From the NCBI GenBank assembly GCA_018368535.1, contig JAGZDZ010000002.1, positions 29,319 to 93,318 of the forward strand: DNA of 64,000 bases. Reading direction: 5' to 3'. This DNA is from Collinsella sp. GTDB lineage: Bacteria > Actinomycetota > Coriobacteriia > Coriobacteriales > Coriobacteriaceae. The notes beneath the pieces were generated by a model. It saw only the letters and a list, made by a program, of their open reading frames with translations, did not search any database and had not been told where the DNA came from. Shown in pieces: positions 29,552 to 39,341 of the stretch (positions are counted from its first letter, which is position 1; each line of letters starts with the position of its first letter). Position numbers and translations under genes: made by a program.

Positions 29552-31956
29552 GCGAATGCCCCCTGTCTCATCTCGGCGCGCTTGATCTCCTTTGCGATTT
29601 CGCGCGACAGCTTCTTGATGTCCGCCTCCTCGCGCACGGTCGCGTACACGTTGATTGTCACGTTGGTGTCGCCGCCGCGCCCGATGCCGCCCATCCGCTC
29701 AAGCTGCTCCATGATGCCCTCGGCGAGTGGTGCCGCGCCGCGCTTGTTGAACGGAACGACGCCCTCTGGCCCTGACTCGCCGACGCCGATGACGCTCGGG
29801 CCGTTGAAAACGCCGCCCTTCGCGTACCAGCTGATGGATAGGGTGGCGGGGTTTGGAATGTTCCCGAGCAGCGGGACGTTAATCAGGTCGTAGTGGATGT
29901 GCGGGAGCGGGATGTGCGGCCACGAGATGCGGAAGTTGAAGAATCCCTTGATTGCGCTGATTACGCCGGACACCACGTTCTTCGCGCCGTTCATGGCGTT
30001 GCTCACGGCGGACTCGATGCCGGAGAAGATGCCCTGAACAACGGAGAGTGCGGTGTTAAGGCCGTTCTGCACAGTGGAAACCACTCCGTTGATGGCACCG
30101 CCCACAACGCTCACGACTACATTCCATGCGCCCGATATGATGCCTGTAATGCCGGACATGATTCCCTGGATTCCGGCCTCCATCTGCGAGAAGTCGCCAG
30201 TCACGATTCCGTTGATGAGACCGAGCACCGTCTGGAAGATGCCCTGGATGAGCGACCACGCGCCTTGTATGATCTGCGCTATACCATTCATCACGCCAGT
30301 GATGGTCTGCAGGATGACCTGGAACGTGTTCCCCACATTCTGCAGGAGCTGCTGCAGGATAGGTACCGCCACGGCGATGATGAACTGGAATCCCGCGCTC
30401 ACGATGGGCATGATGACGTTCATGGCTTGCGTAACTGCGTTGGAGATTGCCGCCCACGCCTGCTCGACGTACGGCTGCAGTTGCGCTATGACCGCCTGGA
30501 TGGTTCCCCAGATGGCGTTCCACGCCTCGGTCACTGCCGTGCGGAAGCCTTCGTTCGTGCTCCACAGGTAAACGATGGCCGCAGTTAGCCCGGCCAACAC
30601 GCCCAGCACTATGCCCACCGGACCAGTTAGCGCGGCGAGCGCGCCTCCGAACAGGCCGGCGGCACCGCCTGCTCCGCTCAAGGCGGCAGTTATGGCGGGG
30701 ATGACCGCCACGAGGTTCCCCGCTATCGACAGCACGGGACCTATTGAGGCCAGTATTCCGGCGATGGCGAGAACGGCCATCTGGCCGCCCTCTCCGATGC
30801 CCGCGAACCACTCGCCGAACGCCTTGACGACCCCTGCGACGTTTGTGGCGATGTTGAGCAGCGGCTCTCCCAGGGGCTCGATGGCACCTTGCAGCTCGCG
30901 CATGGCCGACTGCATCTTGCCCGCGAAGCTGTCTGATGCCGCGTCTGCGGCGGCTCCCGCCGCTCCGGCAACGTCCCCGTACTTGTTCTCAACTCCGGCG
31001 AGGCTCGTGATCATGCCCATGGCGTTGTCCTCGCCGAGGCTCGACCACAAGGTCGATGCTAGGTTCGCCTTGTCGTATCCGTCGGGCATCTTCGCGAGCT
31101 CGCCAAGCACCGCCTCGAAAACCTGCTGGCCGGTAGCCCCTCCGGTCTTCCACGCCTCGAACAACTGCTGCGTCGATTCGGAGAAGCGTCCTATGCTCTC
31201 GTCCATGCGCCCGTCAACAAGCGATGTTTGGAACTCGTTGAGGAAGTCGTTCACCTTGTCGAGGTTGTACGCGCCGTTCTCGGTTCCCGCCTTGAGTATG
31301 GAGAAGTAATCCTGCGCGGAGAAGCCCATCTGCGCGAATCGCGGTCCGTACTCCGCGAGGTTGTCTCCCAGCTCGTCGCTGTAGTTGAGGCCGTCCTGCG
31401 CGCCGGCGACGAACAGGTCCATGGCGTCCTGCGCGGACATGCCGAAGCCGTCCATGAGGGCGTTCACGCCGCGAACGCTCTCTCCAACGTCCATTCCGAG
31501 GGTGTCGGAGAGCGTGAGTGCCGCCTGCGTCACATATTCGAGGTCTTGATCGTTGAGGTCACCGAGGTTCTGGCGAACCGTGATGAGGGCGTCGGACACG
31601 AGGTCTAGGGACTGGCCGAAGCCGTTCTCGTAGATTCCCTCTCCGACATCGCCCAGATGTTCTGCCTCCTCGGAGGTTAGTCCGAGCGCGGACTGGATGC
31701 GGGCGGTCGCCTGCTCGTAGCTCGACGCCGTGGTGAACGCGGCTGTGCCCGCCGCGATTATCGGCGCTGTGAGCCCGACGGTCGCCGCCGTTCCCGCCGA
31801 CTTGAGGGAGCCAGACAGCTTCTGCGCTGCCTTGTCTCCCTCCGTGATTCCCTTCCAGCTAACGCCGTTCAGGCTGCTGTTTACGTCTTTTACGCCCTTC
31901 TCGACCTTGCTTGTGTCGAGTATGGCTTCGATGACTACGGAGCCGTCCATGCTCAC
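29548..31956 (-). CDS. tail tape measure protein
   Basis: 802 aa, Gly/Ala-rich hydrophobic repeats in the central third, located after the chaperone pair. Confidence 0.8.
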   Translation of the reverse strand: MSMDGSVVIEAILDTSKVEKGVKDVNSSLNGVSWKGITEGDKAAQKLSGSLKSAGTAATVGLTAPIIAAGTAAFTTASSYEQATARIQSALGLTSEEAEHLGDVGEGIYENGFGQSLDLVSDALITVRQNLGDLNDQDLEYVTQAALTLSDTLGMDVGESVRGVNALMDGFGMSAQDAMDLFVAGAQDGLNYSDELGDNLAEYGPRFAQMGFSAQDYFSILKAGTENGAYNLDKVNDFLNEFQTSLVDGRMDESIGRFSESTQQLFEAWKTGGATGQQVFEAVLGELAKMPDGYDKANLASTLWSSLGEDNAMGMITSLAGVENKYGDVAGAAGAAADAASDSFAGKMQSAMRELQGAIEPLGEPLLNIATNVAGVVKAFGEWFAGIGEGGQMAVLAIAGILASIGPVLSIAGNLVAVIPAITAALSGAGGAAGLFGGALAALTGPVGIVLGVLAGLTAAIVYLWSTNEGFRTAVTEAWNAIWGTIQAVIAQLQPYVEQAWAAISNAVTQAMNVIMPIVSAGFQFIIAVAVPILQQLLQNVGNTFQVILQTITGVMNGIAQIIQGAWSLIQGIFQTVLGLINGIVTGDFSQMEAGIQGIMSGITGIISGAWNVVVSVVGGAINGVVSTVQNGLNTALSVVQGIFSGIESAVSNAMNGAKNVVSGVISAIKGFFNFRISWPHIPLPHIHYDLINVPLLGNIPNPATLSISWYAKGGVFNGPSVIGVGESGPEGVVPFNKRGAAPLAEGIMEQLERMGGIGRGGDTNVTINVYATVREEADIKKLSREIAKEIKRAEMRQGAFA

Positions 31957-32726
31957 CTCGCTGCACGCTTGAGGGCGGCGAACGCATCGCGCATCGCCGC
32001 GTCATTCCCTTCGTTCGTGCCGTGTGAGCTACGGCGTCTTCCGAGTGCGTACGCCCTGTGGAGGCGTTCCCACTCCTCTATTTCCTTCTTGTTCGCGTTC
32101 TTCTTTGCCGGCTTCGGCCTCGTCTTCGGATTCCGGTAGTAGATGGCCCTGCCGAGCGGAGTGTCCATCGAGCATCCGCCGACGAGGGCTATGAACTCCG
32201 AGAATCCGATCTTGTCGCGCACATCGTCCCAGTCGATTCCGTATTCCGCGCGGAAGCTGATGCGGATGTATGCCGCGTCCTCTACTGGGTCCCATAGCGG
32301 TTCCTCGTGAGGCTTGTCGCCTTTTAGGTCGATGCCGCATACATCCCACACTGCCGACTCTATGAGCCTGCCGAACTCGCGCGGGTCGTAGTCGCACGCG
32401 AGGAACGCTTCGCGAACGTCCGCGAAGAACATGGGGATGAACTCCGCGGCCTTATCCTCCTCCGGCTTCTCATCATCCTGCAGTAGCGCGATGCACTTGA
32501 GGATTGTCTGGGCGTCGTCGCGCACCAGCACCTCCTCGCCGTTCCACGGGTAGGGGGTCGCGCTCCCTCCTTCTTCGAGCCTTACGCGCAGGGATGTGAG
32601 GTCGCAGGCGTTCACTTGCGATTCTTCTTCCCCTTGCCGCCCTTGATGACCTTGGGCTGGTTTCCGCGCTGCGCCTGCAGGAACGCCTTGGTCTTCGCGC
32701 TCTCCTGCGAGTAGTAGAGGCCGCAC
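31953..32726 (-). CDS. tail assembly chaperone, frameshift (-1) extension (gpT-like); overlaps the 3' end of 32612..33127
   Basis: The -1 frame is open across the last ~115 nt of the upstream chaperone gene and continues for 220 codons. Canonical gpG/gpGT arrangement upstream of the tape measure protein. Confidence 0.5.
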   Translation of the reverse strand: MRPLLLAGEREDQGVPAGAARKPAQGHQGRQGEEESQVNACDLTSLRVRLEEGGSATPYPWNGEEVLVRDDAQTILKCIALLQDDEKPEEDKAAEFIPMFFADVREAFLACDYDPREFGRLIESAVWDVCGIDLKGDKPHEEPLWDPVEDAAYIRISFRAEYGIDWDDVRDKIGFSEFIALVGGCSMDTPLGRAIYYRNPKTRPKPAKKNANKKEIEEWERLHRAYALGRRRSSHGTNEGNDAAMRDAFAALKRAAR

Positions 32727-33127
32727 CTGCGAAGCTGCTCGTTCGTCGCCTTTCGTCCCAGCATCATGAGGAACGAGGCCATTACCTCGCCGAGCATGCT
32801 GGTGTACTTGGACGGCTCAATAGGCTCTCCGTCTCCCATCCACTTGAGCAGCTGGTCGTATCCCTCGATTCCGATGAACGCGACGATCACGCGCTTCTCA
32901 AGGTGCGTCATCATCTCGATGAGCTCCGCGCGGTCCTCCTCGTTCTCTGCTTTGTCCAGCTTCCGCTGTATCGACTGCGCGCGGTCGATTGCGTCCGATA
33001 CCTTGGACAACATCGTTTCGATGCTGCCGTCATCGAAGTAGACGCGGTAGCGCGGTGTGTCGGGGTTGTCGTTCGGGTCCTCGAAGTAAACGTCCTCGAA
33101 CGGTCTCGATATGCGGAGGATTTCCAT
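32612..33127 (-). CDS. tail assembly chaperone (gpG-like)
   Basis: 171 aa, acidic, located between the major tail and tape measure genes. Confidence 0.6.
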   Translation of the reverse strand: MEILRISRPFEDVYFEDPNDNPDTPRYRVYFDDGSIETMLSKVSDAIDRAQSIQRKLDKAENEEDRAELIEMMTHLEKRVIVAFIGIEGYDQLLKWMGDGEPIEPSKYTSMLGEVMASFLMMLGRKATNEQLRRCGLYYSQESAKTKAFLQAQRGNQPKVIKGGKGKKNRK

Positions 33128-33229
33128 TTGATAGTTCCTTTCTCTGCCCGTGAGCTAGGCATGAAAAAAGGGGCGCGGGCCGCTCACTAGCCCGCGCCCC
33201 CGTGATTCGGAGGTTATGAAACGTGTCGC

Positions 33230-33946
33230 TTACGCCGACTTAGGCCCGACCGTGACCTTCACGCTCTTCATCACGGACGGCTTCGATGCCGCTCGCACGG
33301 TGACGGTGGTCTCGCCCTCTGCGATGCCCTTCACGTTTCCGTCGCTGTCAACGGTCGCGATGTCCGTGTTGCCGGATGCGTAGAAGCATTTCGGGTTCGC
33401 TTCTTCCGGCGTTACGGACGCCTCGATCTTCTTTGTGGCGTCTACCGTCACATCGATGTCCTCTGCCGTAATGCTCTCCGGCAGCTTGAGCTTGTTCGCT
33501 TTCGTGAACTTCGGGGAGCCCGCCGTCGCGATGGTGCATGCGAACGCTCCGAGCCCGGAAGCCTCTCCCTGGCCGCTGTTCGGAGTGAGGTTGAGCAGCG
33601 TGCATCCGCCCTCGATGATGTCGCCGTTCGCGGCGGTGTGGCGGAAGTCGGTCTTGCGCCCCTCACCGGTGAGGAGTGCGCAGGAGGAGATGAAGTCTTG
33701 CGCGGGGTCTCCGTAGCATCGGTCTCCCTCTACCTCGTACTGAATCTGGGTGCTCGTAACGTCCGTGGTGGGCGTTCCGTACCCGTCGTAGTAGTCCTTG
33801 TCCTCGGTGCTCTCGTTTGGCGACGGCGTGATGCTCGTGATGCCTCGGGAGAGGATTGCCCACGTTGGGCTATCCGCGCCGGGGGTGATGTTGATCTCAA
33901 GGGCGTTCGCGTAGTTGCGTGCGAAGCCCAGGTCGCTCTTTGCCAT
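33230..33946 (-). CDS. major tail protein with C-terminal Ig-like (Big_2-type) domain
   Basis: 238 aa. C-terminal DVTVDATKKIEASVTPEEANP...TVTVRAAS is Ig-like. Confidence 0.65.
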   Translation of the reverse strand: MAKSDLGFARNYANALEINITPGADSPTWAILSRGITSITPSPNESTEDKDYYDGYGTPTTDVTSTQIQYEVEGDRCYGDPAQDFISSCALLTGEGRKTDFRHTAANGDIIEGGCTLLNLTPNSGQGEASGLGAFACTIATAGSPKFTKANKLKLPESITAEDIDVTVDATKKIEASVTPEEANPKCFYASGNTDIATVDSDGNVKGIAEGETTVTVRAASKPSVMKSVKVTVGPKSA

Positions 33947-33961
33947 CTATGGCCTCCTTCG

Positions 33962-34360
33962 TTACTGTCTGATGATCTGCACTACTAGGCGAGCAGCCCA
34001 AACGTGCCTCCTGTCGGTTCCCACCTTTATCTCCTCAATGTCGCCGTCGGGCTCCGCAGGAGCCGCGACCTCGTACGAGCCGTTTCCGCTCGACAGGTCT
34101 GCGGCGCGCAGGATGTCGGACGCGCGCTCGCATTCCGACATGGCCACGATGGGGTCGAGGTTCTTAGAGATGACCTGCAGGGTGCAGTTGACTCTCCGCG
34201 AGCCGTCGAAGTACGTGGCGACCGTCCTGGGAGGCATCATGCGGACCACAACTCCGTCCTTGCCGGTTATCCGGTCGATGCGCTGTCCCAGCACACCGTC
34301 CATTCCTGCGGCCTTGAGTGCTTCGACCGCCTTGCTGCAGATGTCTATGGTCTCGGTCAT
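33962..34360 (-). CDS. tail terminator/tail completion protein (by position)
   Basis: 132 aa, in the head-tail joining cluster. Confidence 0.4.
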   Translation of the reverse strand: MTETIDICSKAVEALKAAGMDGVLGQRIDRITGKDGVVVRMMPPRTVATYFDGSRRVNCTLQVISKNLDPIVAMSECERASDILRAADLSSGNGSYEVAAPAEPDGDIEEIKVGTDRRHVWAARLVVQIIRQ

Positions 34361-34716
34361 TTCTCCTCCATGAGCCTATGGGCGAACTCTTCCCACGCGC
34401 TCATGCGCTCATTCTTGGCCTCCTCGGGCCAGTGTGAGCGCGCGTTCGGGTTCTTTGTCTTGCGGATGCTGCCCTGCGGCAGGTCGTGGACGCGCTGGGC
34501 GTACGGCGTGTTCCACTCGATGTTCCCGGTTTCGTAGTCGCTCGCAAGAGCCTCCGAGTCCTGCAGCGTTCCCTCGTCCCTCGGAACGTAGTCGCGCATC
34601 TCGAACGCCACGCGCTCTGCGAACGCCTCCTGCTTCGCCTTGAGCTGTTCCGGGCTGAACCTGCGCTCGATTCCTGACAGGTCGATCTTGATGTTGCATG
34701 CCGCCGCCTTGCTCAC
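34357..34716 (-). CDS. head-tail joining protein (minor capsid/HK97 gp10-like, by position)
   Basis: 119 aa, translationally coupled to its neighbours. Confidence 0.4.
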   Translation of the reverse strand: MSKAAACNIKIDLSGIERRFSPEQLKAKQEAFAERVAFEMRDYVPRDEGTLQDSEALASDYETGNIEWNTPYAQRVHDLPQGSIRKTKNPNARSHWPEEAKNERMSAWEEFAHRLMEEK

Positions 34717-35036
34717 TGCACGTCCACCTCCCAGTGGTGCGGTGTGCCGTCAGGGTGGTCGCACCTCTGCACGCTCGCCACGGCGTGTTTCTCGCCGTCG
34801 AATGCGATCAGGTCTCCTTCCATGACCTCTCCCTGGTACTCCGTCGCGTCTATGAAGACACGGGCGGAGCACCCGGATGTCATCTGGTAGTCGGTTGGTG
34901 ACAGTGCTGCGCTGCGGTCTATGCGGCACCGTGGGATGGCCACGGGCTCACCGAAGCCATCATCAGTCTGCCGTTCAAGCTCGACTCGCTCCTGTCTCAT
35001 GAATGCCGGTATTGGGGGTATTCGCACTCGGCTCAC
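34713..35036 (-). CDS. head closure/head-tail adaptor protein (by position)
   Basis: 107 aa, 4-nt overlaps with its neighbours. Confidence 0.4.
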   Translation of the reverse strand: MSRVRIPPIPAFMRQERVELERQTDDGFGEPVAIPRCRIDRSAALSPTDYQMTSGCSARVFIDATEYQGEVMEGDLIAFDGEKHAVASVQRCDHPDGTPHHWEVDVQ

Positions 35037-35389
35037 CCCATCCCCATGAATAGCAGGCCGCTTCCGACCAGCTCACCGTCTGCTGCGCGCGCCATGTCGG
35101 CCTCCCATGAGGAGCCGCCGCCGTTCCCGCCGAAGCTCATGTTCACTGTGCCAGTGGTTACCGACGCGAGGCTGCCCGCCCCTCCTGTGAAGCCATAGGC
35201 GGCATCTACGTCGCAGGCTGCGCACACGGCACGCATGTACGCGTCCATGTCCTCTTCTGGGGAGTTTGGCCAGATTCGCTTGCGTACGTAGGAGACGGCA
35301 TGGGGGAGGGCGGCGTCGAAGCCGCCCTCGTCGAGTTTGCCACCGTACTGCTCGGAGTAGAAGCTATATGTCGGCTTGGTGCCCGCCAT
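35033..35389 (-). CDS. gp6-like head-tail connector protein
   Basis: MAGTKPTYSFYSEQYGG start, ATG 2 nt after the capsid gene stop. The ORF track began upstream at 35473. Confidence 0.5.
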   Translation of the reverse strand: MAGTKPTYSFYSEQYGGKLDEGGFDAALPHAVSYVRKRIWPNSPEEDMDAYMRAVCAACDVDAAYGFTGGAGSLASVTTGTVNMSFGGNGGGSSWEADMARAADGELVGSGLLFMGMG

Positions 35390-35391
35390 GC

Positions 35392-36282
35392 TTACGCCGC
35401 CGCGATATGGGCATAGATCTTGCCCTTCTGCTGCTCGTAGACGAGCAGGTCGTGGAACAGGCGCAGCTGCCACTTGTGGGCGTCCTTCTCCTGGTTGGTG
35501 TCGGGCGCGAAGTAGCGCAGCTTGCGATGGCGCTGGATGGCCGCTGCGGCGGAGGGATGGACGATCATGAAGTTGATCGCCACCGCGTCGTCAGCCTTCT
35601 TGAAACCGCCGGCCTCCTGGCCGCTGGTGGTGCCGTCAAGCAGCGTGATCTTGTTCTGGAATCGCGCGGAGGGGACGGTCACGATCTTCATCTCGTCGAA
35701 GGTCGCGAACTGTCCGTTCGGGTTCTCTCCCTGACCGATGCGCCAGTTCTGCGCCTTGCGGAGCAGGGTCTTGACGGAGGAGGTGCAGTAGAAGAGGCAG
35801 GTGGACAGGTCGACGCCCATGTCCTGTACGGCCTCCTCGCCCTTAAGCACCGCGTCGAGCGCGGCGTCCTTGTCCTCAAGGGCGGCGGTCACGGTGTTGC
35901 CGGCGTTGCCGGCGAGCGTGGCGAAGCGAACCGCGTCGACCTCGGGGATGACCTTCGTGCGCTCGAACTCCGCCATGACGTTTGCGGACACGATCGCCGC
36001 GCGCTCCTCGTCATCCATGGCGTCGATATTGAACTCGCGGCCACGGTCATAGCGCAGCTTGTAGGTCTCCCAGTCGGTGGACACGGAGCCCTTGACGAAG
36101 CCGTTCTCTCGGCTGTAGTTCGCAAGCCCGTCCATCGCGATTGTGGCGATCTTGATCTCTCCAACTCCGCTGAACTCGCCCAGCAAGTCGCCGTTCATGT
36201 TCAGGTCGTTTGTCAGCGTCTCGCGCTCGATGATCTTGTCGAGTCGCGTAGTGAACTTGGAAGCGTAATCTCCCAGTGCCAT
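35392..36282 (-). CDS. major capsid protein
   Basis: 296 aa, immediately after the scaffolding protein gene. Confidence 0.6.
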   Translation of the reverse strand: MALGDYASKFTTRLDKIIERETLTNDLNMNGDLLGEFSGVGEIKIATIAMDGLANYSRENGFVKGSVSTDWETYKLRYDRGREFNIDAMDDEERAAIVSANVMAEFERTKVIPEVDAVRFATLAGNAGNTVTAALEDKDAALDAVLKGEEAVQDMGVDLSTCLFYCTSSVKTLLRKAQNWRIGQGENPNGQFATFDEMKIVTVPSARFQNKITLLDGTTSGQEAGGFKKADDAVAINFMIVHPSAAAAIQRHRKLRYFAPDTNQEKDAHKWQLRLFHDLLVYEQQKGKIYAHIAAA

Positions 36283-36285
36283 GCG

Positions 36286-36837
36286 TTACTCCTTCTTCTT
36301 TATTCCGAAGGCGCGGTCGAGCTTTTCGTCCAGCGCCTTGTCGGCGTCCCCATCGGGCTTGAGGCCCGTGGAGCCGGTCTGCTTGTTCTTGCCGTCGGAG
36401 AAGAGGTACGGGCAGTCCTCCTTGAGCTTGGCCACGTCGCCGTCGTAGTCGTCGAGGAGAGCCTTTGCCGCCTTGGTGTTGCGGCACCCAGCGAGTTCGA
36501 GTTTGTGCGTTACCCGCTCGTCCTTCTGGTCGGCTTCGAGCTTCGCGATCTTCTCTTCGAGCGCCTTGCGCCCCTCCTCGGTCTTGGCGGCCTCCGCGAT
36601 CTGCGCCTTGAGGTCGGCGATCTCCTTGTCCTTCGCGGCTATGTCGCGCTGGTACTTCTCGCGGTTGATGCCGGGCTGGCCGTGGTTGTCCTTGACTTCG
36701 CCCTCGCCGCCGCCTTGGCCTTCGGCTGCGGGCTTCGGGTCGCCCTCGGTGCCTCCCTGCGTGCCATCGCCCTGTTTGGGCTCGGTCTGCGGGTCGGTGA
36801 CCTGCGGCTCGGTCTGCGTCTTATTCTCGTCTGCCAT
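36286..36837 (-). CDS. scaffolding protein
   Basis: 183 aa, highly charged and helical (KIAKLEADQKDERVTHKLELAG), located upstream of the capsid gene. Confidence 0.6.
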   Translation of the reverse strand: MADENKTQTEPQVTDPQTEPKQGDGTQGGTEGDPKPAAEGQGGGEGEVKDNHGQPGINREKYQRDIAAKDKEIADLKAQIAEAAKTEEGRKALEEKIAKLEADQKDERVTHKLELAGCRNTKAAKALLDDYDGDVAKLKEDCPYLFSDGKNKQTGSTGLKPDGDADKALDEKLDRAFGIKKKE

Positions 36838-37000
36838 GTCCTTCTCCTTACCTAGGTTTGTTTGCGCGCTTCCCTGCGCGGTTTAGGTGGGTTTTTTGCG
36901 CGCTCCCACGCGATACGGAGAAGTTACCGAAGGTGTCGCTTCGCGTACGCCCATGAAAAAAGCCGCCCGCAGGCGGCTCGTGATGCTATTGATTTCCTGC

Positions 37001-37201
37001 CTATGCGCCGTACGGCGTTCCAGCTGGGTAGTCCGGAAACGATTCCTCAAGATAGTCGTGGCCCGTTTCGATGCTTTTGGTCATGAGGTCAAGCGCCTCG
37101 CTCGGAGAGATTCCGCATCCCTCCATTCCCCAGTCTGAATCCGGGAACTCCTTGCGGTAGCGCCCCCACGTCTCGATCAGCTGCTCATCGTTCCATTCCA
37201 T
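37001..37201 (-). CDS. hypothetical small phage protein
   Basis: 66-aa acidic ORF between the head-morphogenesis and scaffold genes. Confidence 0.35.
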   Translation of the reverse strand: MEWNDEQLIETWGRYRKEFPDSDWGMEGCGISPSEALDLMTKSIETGHDYLEESFPDYPAGTPYGA

Positions 37202-37203
37202 GG

Positions 37204-39339
37204 CTAGAATCCTTTCATCATGTTCACGAACACATCATAAGTTTTCGGAAGGTACCGCTTCAACGTCTCAAGTGCCTGCGGGTTCGCCATGGAGCACTCG
37301 AAGAAGTGGGCGAAGGTCTCTGTGGCAAGCGACTGCGCTCCCCACCTTCCCTTCCAGTAGGACTTTCGGTGGGCGGGAAGTGCGTAGTCGCAGCACGTTC
37401 CGCTTGTCGCCCCGTGTATGATGTCCGATAGCCCGCCTATGAGTTCAGGGGTGGAGCGATACAGCGCGATGATCTCGCGGGTCAGATGCTCCTTCGCCTC
37501 GTTGACGCTGCCGTAGCCCATCGTCTTCTTGATGGTGCGCAGCATCGCCTGCACCTCTTTCTTCGCGGTCGCTCCCAGGCCGGCGGCTTCCGACGCGTAC
37601 TGCATGGCCTGCCCGTTCCTGTGGTCGATATAGTGCCCGTATTCGTGGAAGAACGTCTGGTATGGTGCTTTGTCCTTTCGGTAAGCGAAGCCCCTCGCGG
37701 TGTCATCCATGTTCAGCGTTATGCCGTGCGTTCTTGGACTGTAGTACGCCTGGCCTCTCGATGCCGTCGTGCTGTCTAGCTTCAAGTCTGCGAGAGCTCC
37801 GTCGAACGCTCTCTTCACATCGGCATTTTTGCACGAGTCGGCTATCGTAGCTATCTCCTTCGCGCTTGCGTTTGCTATCCCTTTTCCCTGCATCACCTTT
37901 GCAGATGCCGTTGCACTGCGCGGGGCCTTCTTCTTTGCGGTCTTCGCATTTCCCTTCAATCCTGCTATTGCGCGCTTGAATATGCTCTGCTGGTTCGCCT
38001 TGCTCAAGTTCCGCCAGTTCTTAGGGTCTATTCCTTGGCTCTTCAACTCCGCAGACAGGGCCTTCTGCGCTGCCGACTTCGATATGCCTCGCGCCTTGAG
38101 CATCTGCTTGACTCCATCGCCGTCCATGAACTCCTTCATGGTGCGGCGGCTCGCGTCTGTCTTGCGCACCTTCGGCATGTCGCCCGCCCACTCGCGCCTC
38201 GGGCTGCGCTGCAGCACCGGGGCGATTCCTTTTCCGTTCGCCTCGTCGATGTAGCGTCTCATGCCCTCCTGCTGCCCGCGCAGCTTGGCCTTGAGGCGTT
38301 CGACCTCCGCGATGTTTGCGAGGCTCGCGTCCTTGTCCGCTATGATCTGCGCTCCTGACAGCTCGCGCTTGGTTTTCCTGATTTCGCGCTCGCGTCTGCG
38401 CTGCCCCTGCGTGAGACTGTATATCTCGTCGTTGTCCAGTCCGCTCGGGTGGCTCGGCTCCGGCTCGTATTTTCGAGGCGTGCCTGGGAGCCACGGTCCG
38501 AAGCTGTGCCGGCAGTTCGCTCCGCCCAACCCGTCTACCTTGCCGTAGCCTGTCTCCGCGTAGAAGTCGCGGTAGCGCACGCCGTCGATGGTCACGTCTC
38601 CGTTGAGCGAGTAGACGCGACCCTGCCACCGCGCGTGGCTAGGGCGCGCACCTCCATGGCTCGACACCTCCACGAGGCGGATTCCCGCCTGCCCGCACAC
38701 GTCGAGCGTGCGTCGCATGCCGTCCTGCGCTATCTGCGTGCGCACATGACGGCGAACGGCAACGTCGATATTGTTGGTCACTGTTTGCTGCCCTGTGGTC
38801 GGGTCTCGGTAGGTAACGGTGGACACGCCATCGCGCATCATGCGGCGCACCGCCTGGTGTATGGCCCTCTCCGCTGTCTCCGCTCCCGTGTTCACCTTGG
38901 TGACTGCCTCCGCCACGCACCGGTTCCATAGGTCGAGCGCGCCCTGTGTCATGTCAACGTTGTCGCGTTCGAGTATCGCCGCTATGCCTCTGACCGTGAG
39001 CTCGACCTGCCTCGGCATGGTCTCGGCGACCGCGCCCGCCGCAGCGGCCCGCGCGCCTGCCGCAGCCACATCGGAGGCGTCGCTCTTTCCCATGGCTTCC
39101 TCAACGGTCATGCGCACGGCCTCGTTCACCTCGCTGCGGTGGCTTTCGATGAACTCCATGAGGCGAGGGGCGGCGGACTGCGCGAGGAGGTTCACGGCGG
39201 TCGCGCCGCGCTGCCCTAGCTCTTCTATGTCCTGGTCGAGCAGGAGGCGGCACAGGTACGCGAGCATGTCGGCCTCTATCTCGCCGTACACGGCTCCCAC
39301 CATGTCGCCTGCCCTGTCGAGGTATTCCGGGTCGAGCAT
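37204..39339 (-). CDS. MuF/SPP1 gp7-like head morphogenesis protein with C-terminal HExxH (zincin-like) extension
   Basis: ATG at 39339, 2 nt after the portal stop. The central region has MuF-like features. The C-terminal ~250 aa contain FFHEYGHYIDH. The first ~400 aa of the listed 1111-aa ORF are an out-of-frame artefact over the portal gene. Confidence 0.6.
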   Translation of the reverse strand: MLDPEYLDRAGDMVGAVYGEIEADMLAYLCRLLLDQDIEELGQRGATAVNLLAQSAAPRLMEFIESHRSEVNEAVRMTVEEAMGKSDASDVAAAGARAAAAGAVAETMPRQVELTVRGIAAILERDNVDMTQGALDLWNRCVAEAVTKVNTGAETAERAIHQAVRRMMRDGVSTVTYRDPTTGQQTVTNNIDVAVRRHVRTQIAQDGMRRTLDVCGQAGIRLVEVSSHGGARPSHARWQGRVYSLNGDVTIDGVRYRDFYAETGYGKVDGLGGANCRHSFGPWLPGTPRKYEPEPSHPSGLDNDEIYSLTQGQRRREREIRKTKRELSGAQIIADKDASLANIAEVERLKAKLRGQQEGMRRYIDEANGKGIAPVLQRSPRREWAGDMPKVRKTDASRRTMKEFMDGDGVKQMLKARGISKSAAQKALSAELKSQGIDPKNWRNLSKANQQSIFKRAIAGLKGNAKTAKKKAPRSATASAKVMQGKGIANASAKEIATIADSCKNADVKRAFDGALADLKLDSTTASRGQAYYSPRTHGITLNMDDTARGFAYRKDKAPYQTFFHEYGHYIDHRNGQAMQYASEAAGLGATAKKEVQAMLRTIKKTMGYGSVNEAKEHLTREIIALYRSTPELIGGLSDIIHGATSGTCCDYALPAHRKSYWKGRWGAQSLATETFAHFFECSMANPQALETLKRYLPKTYDVFVNMMKGF

Positions 39340-39341
39340 GG

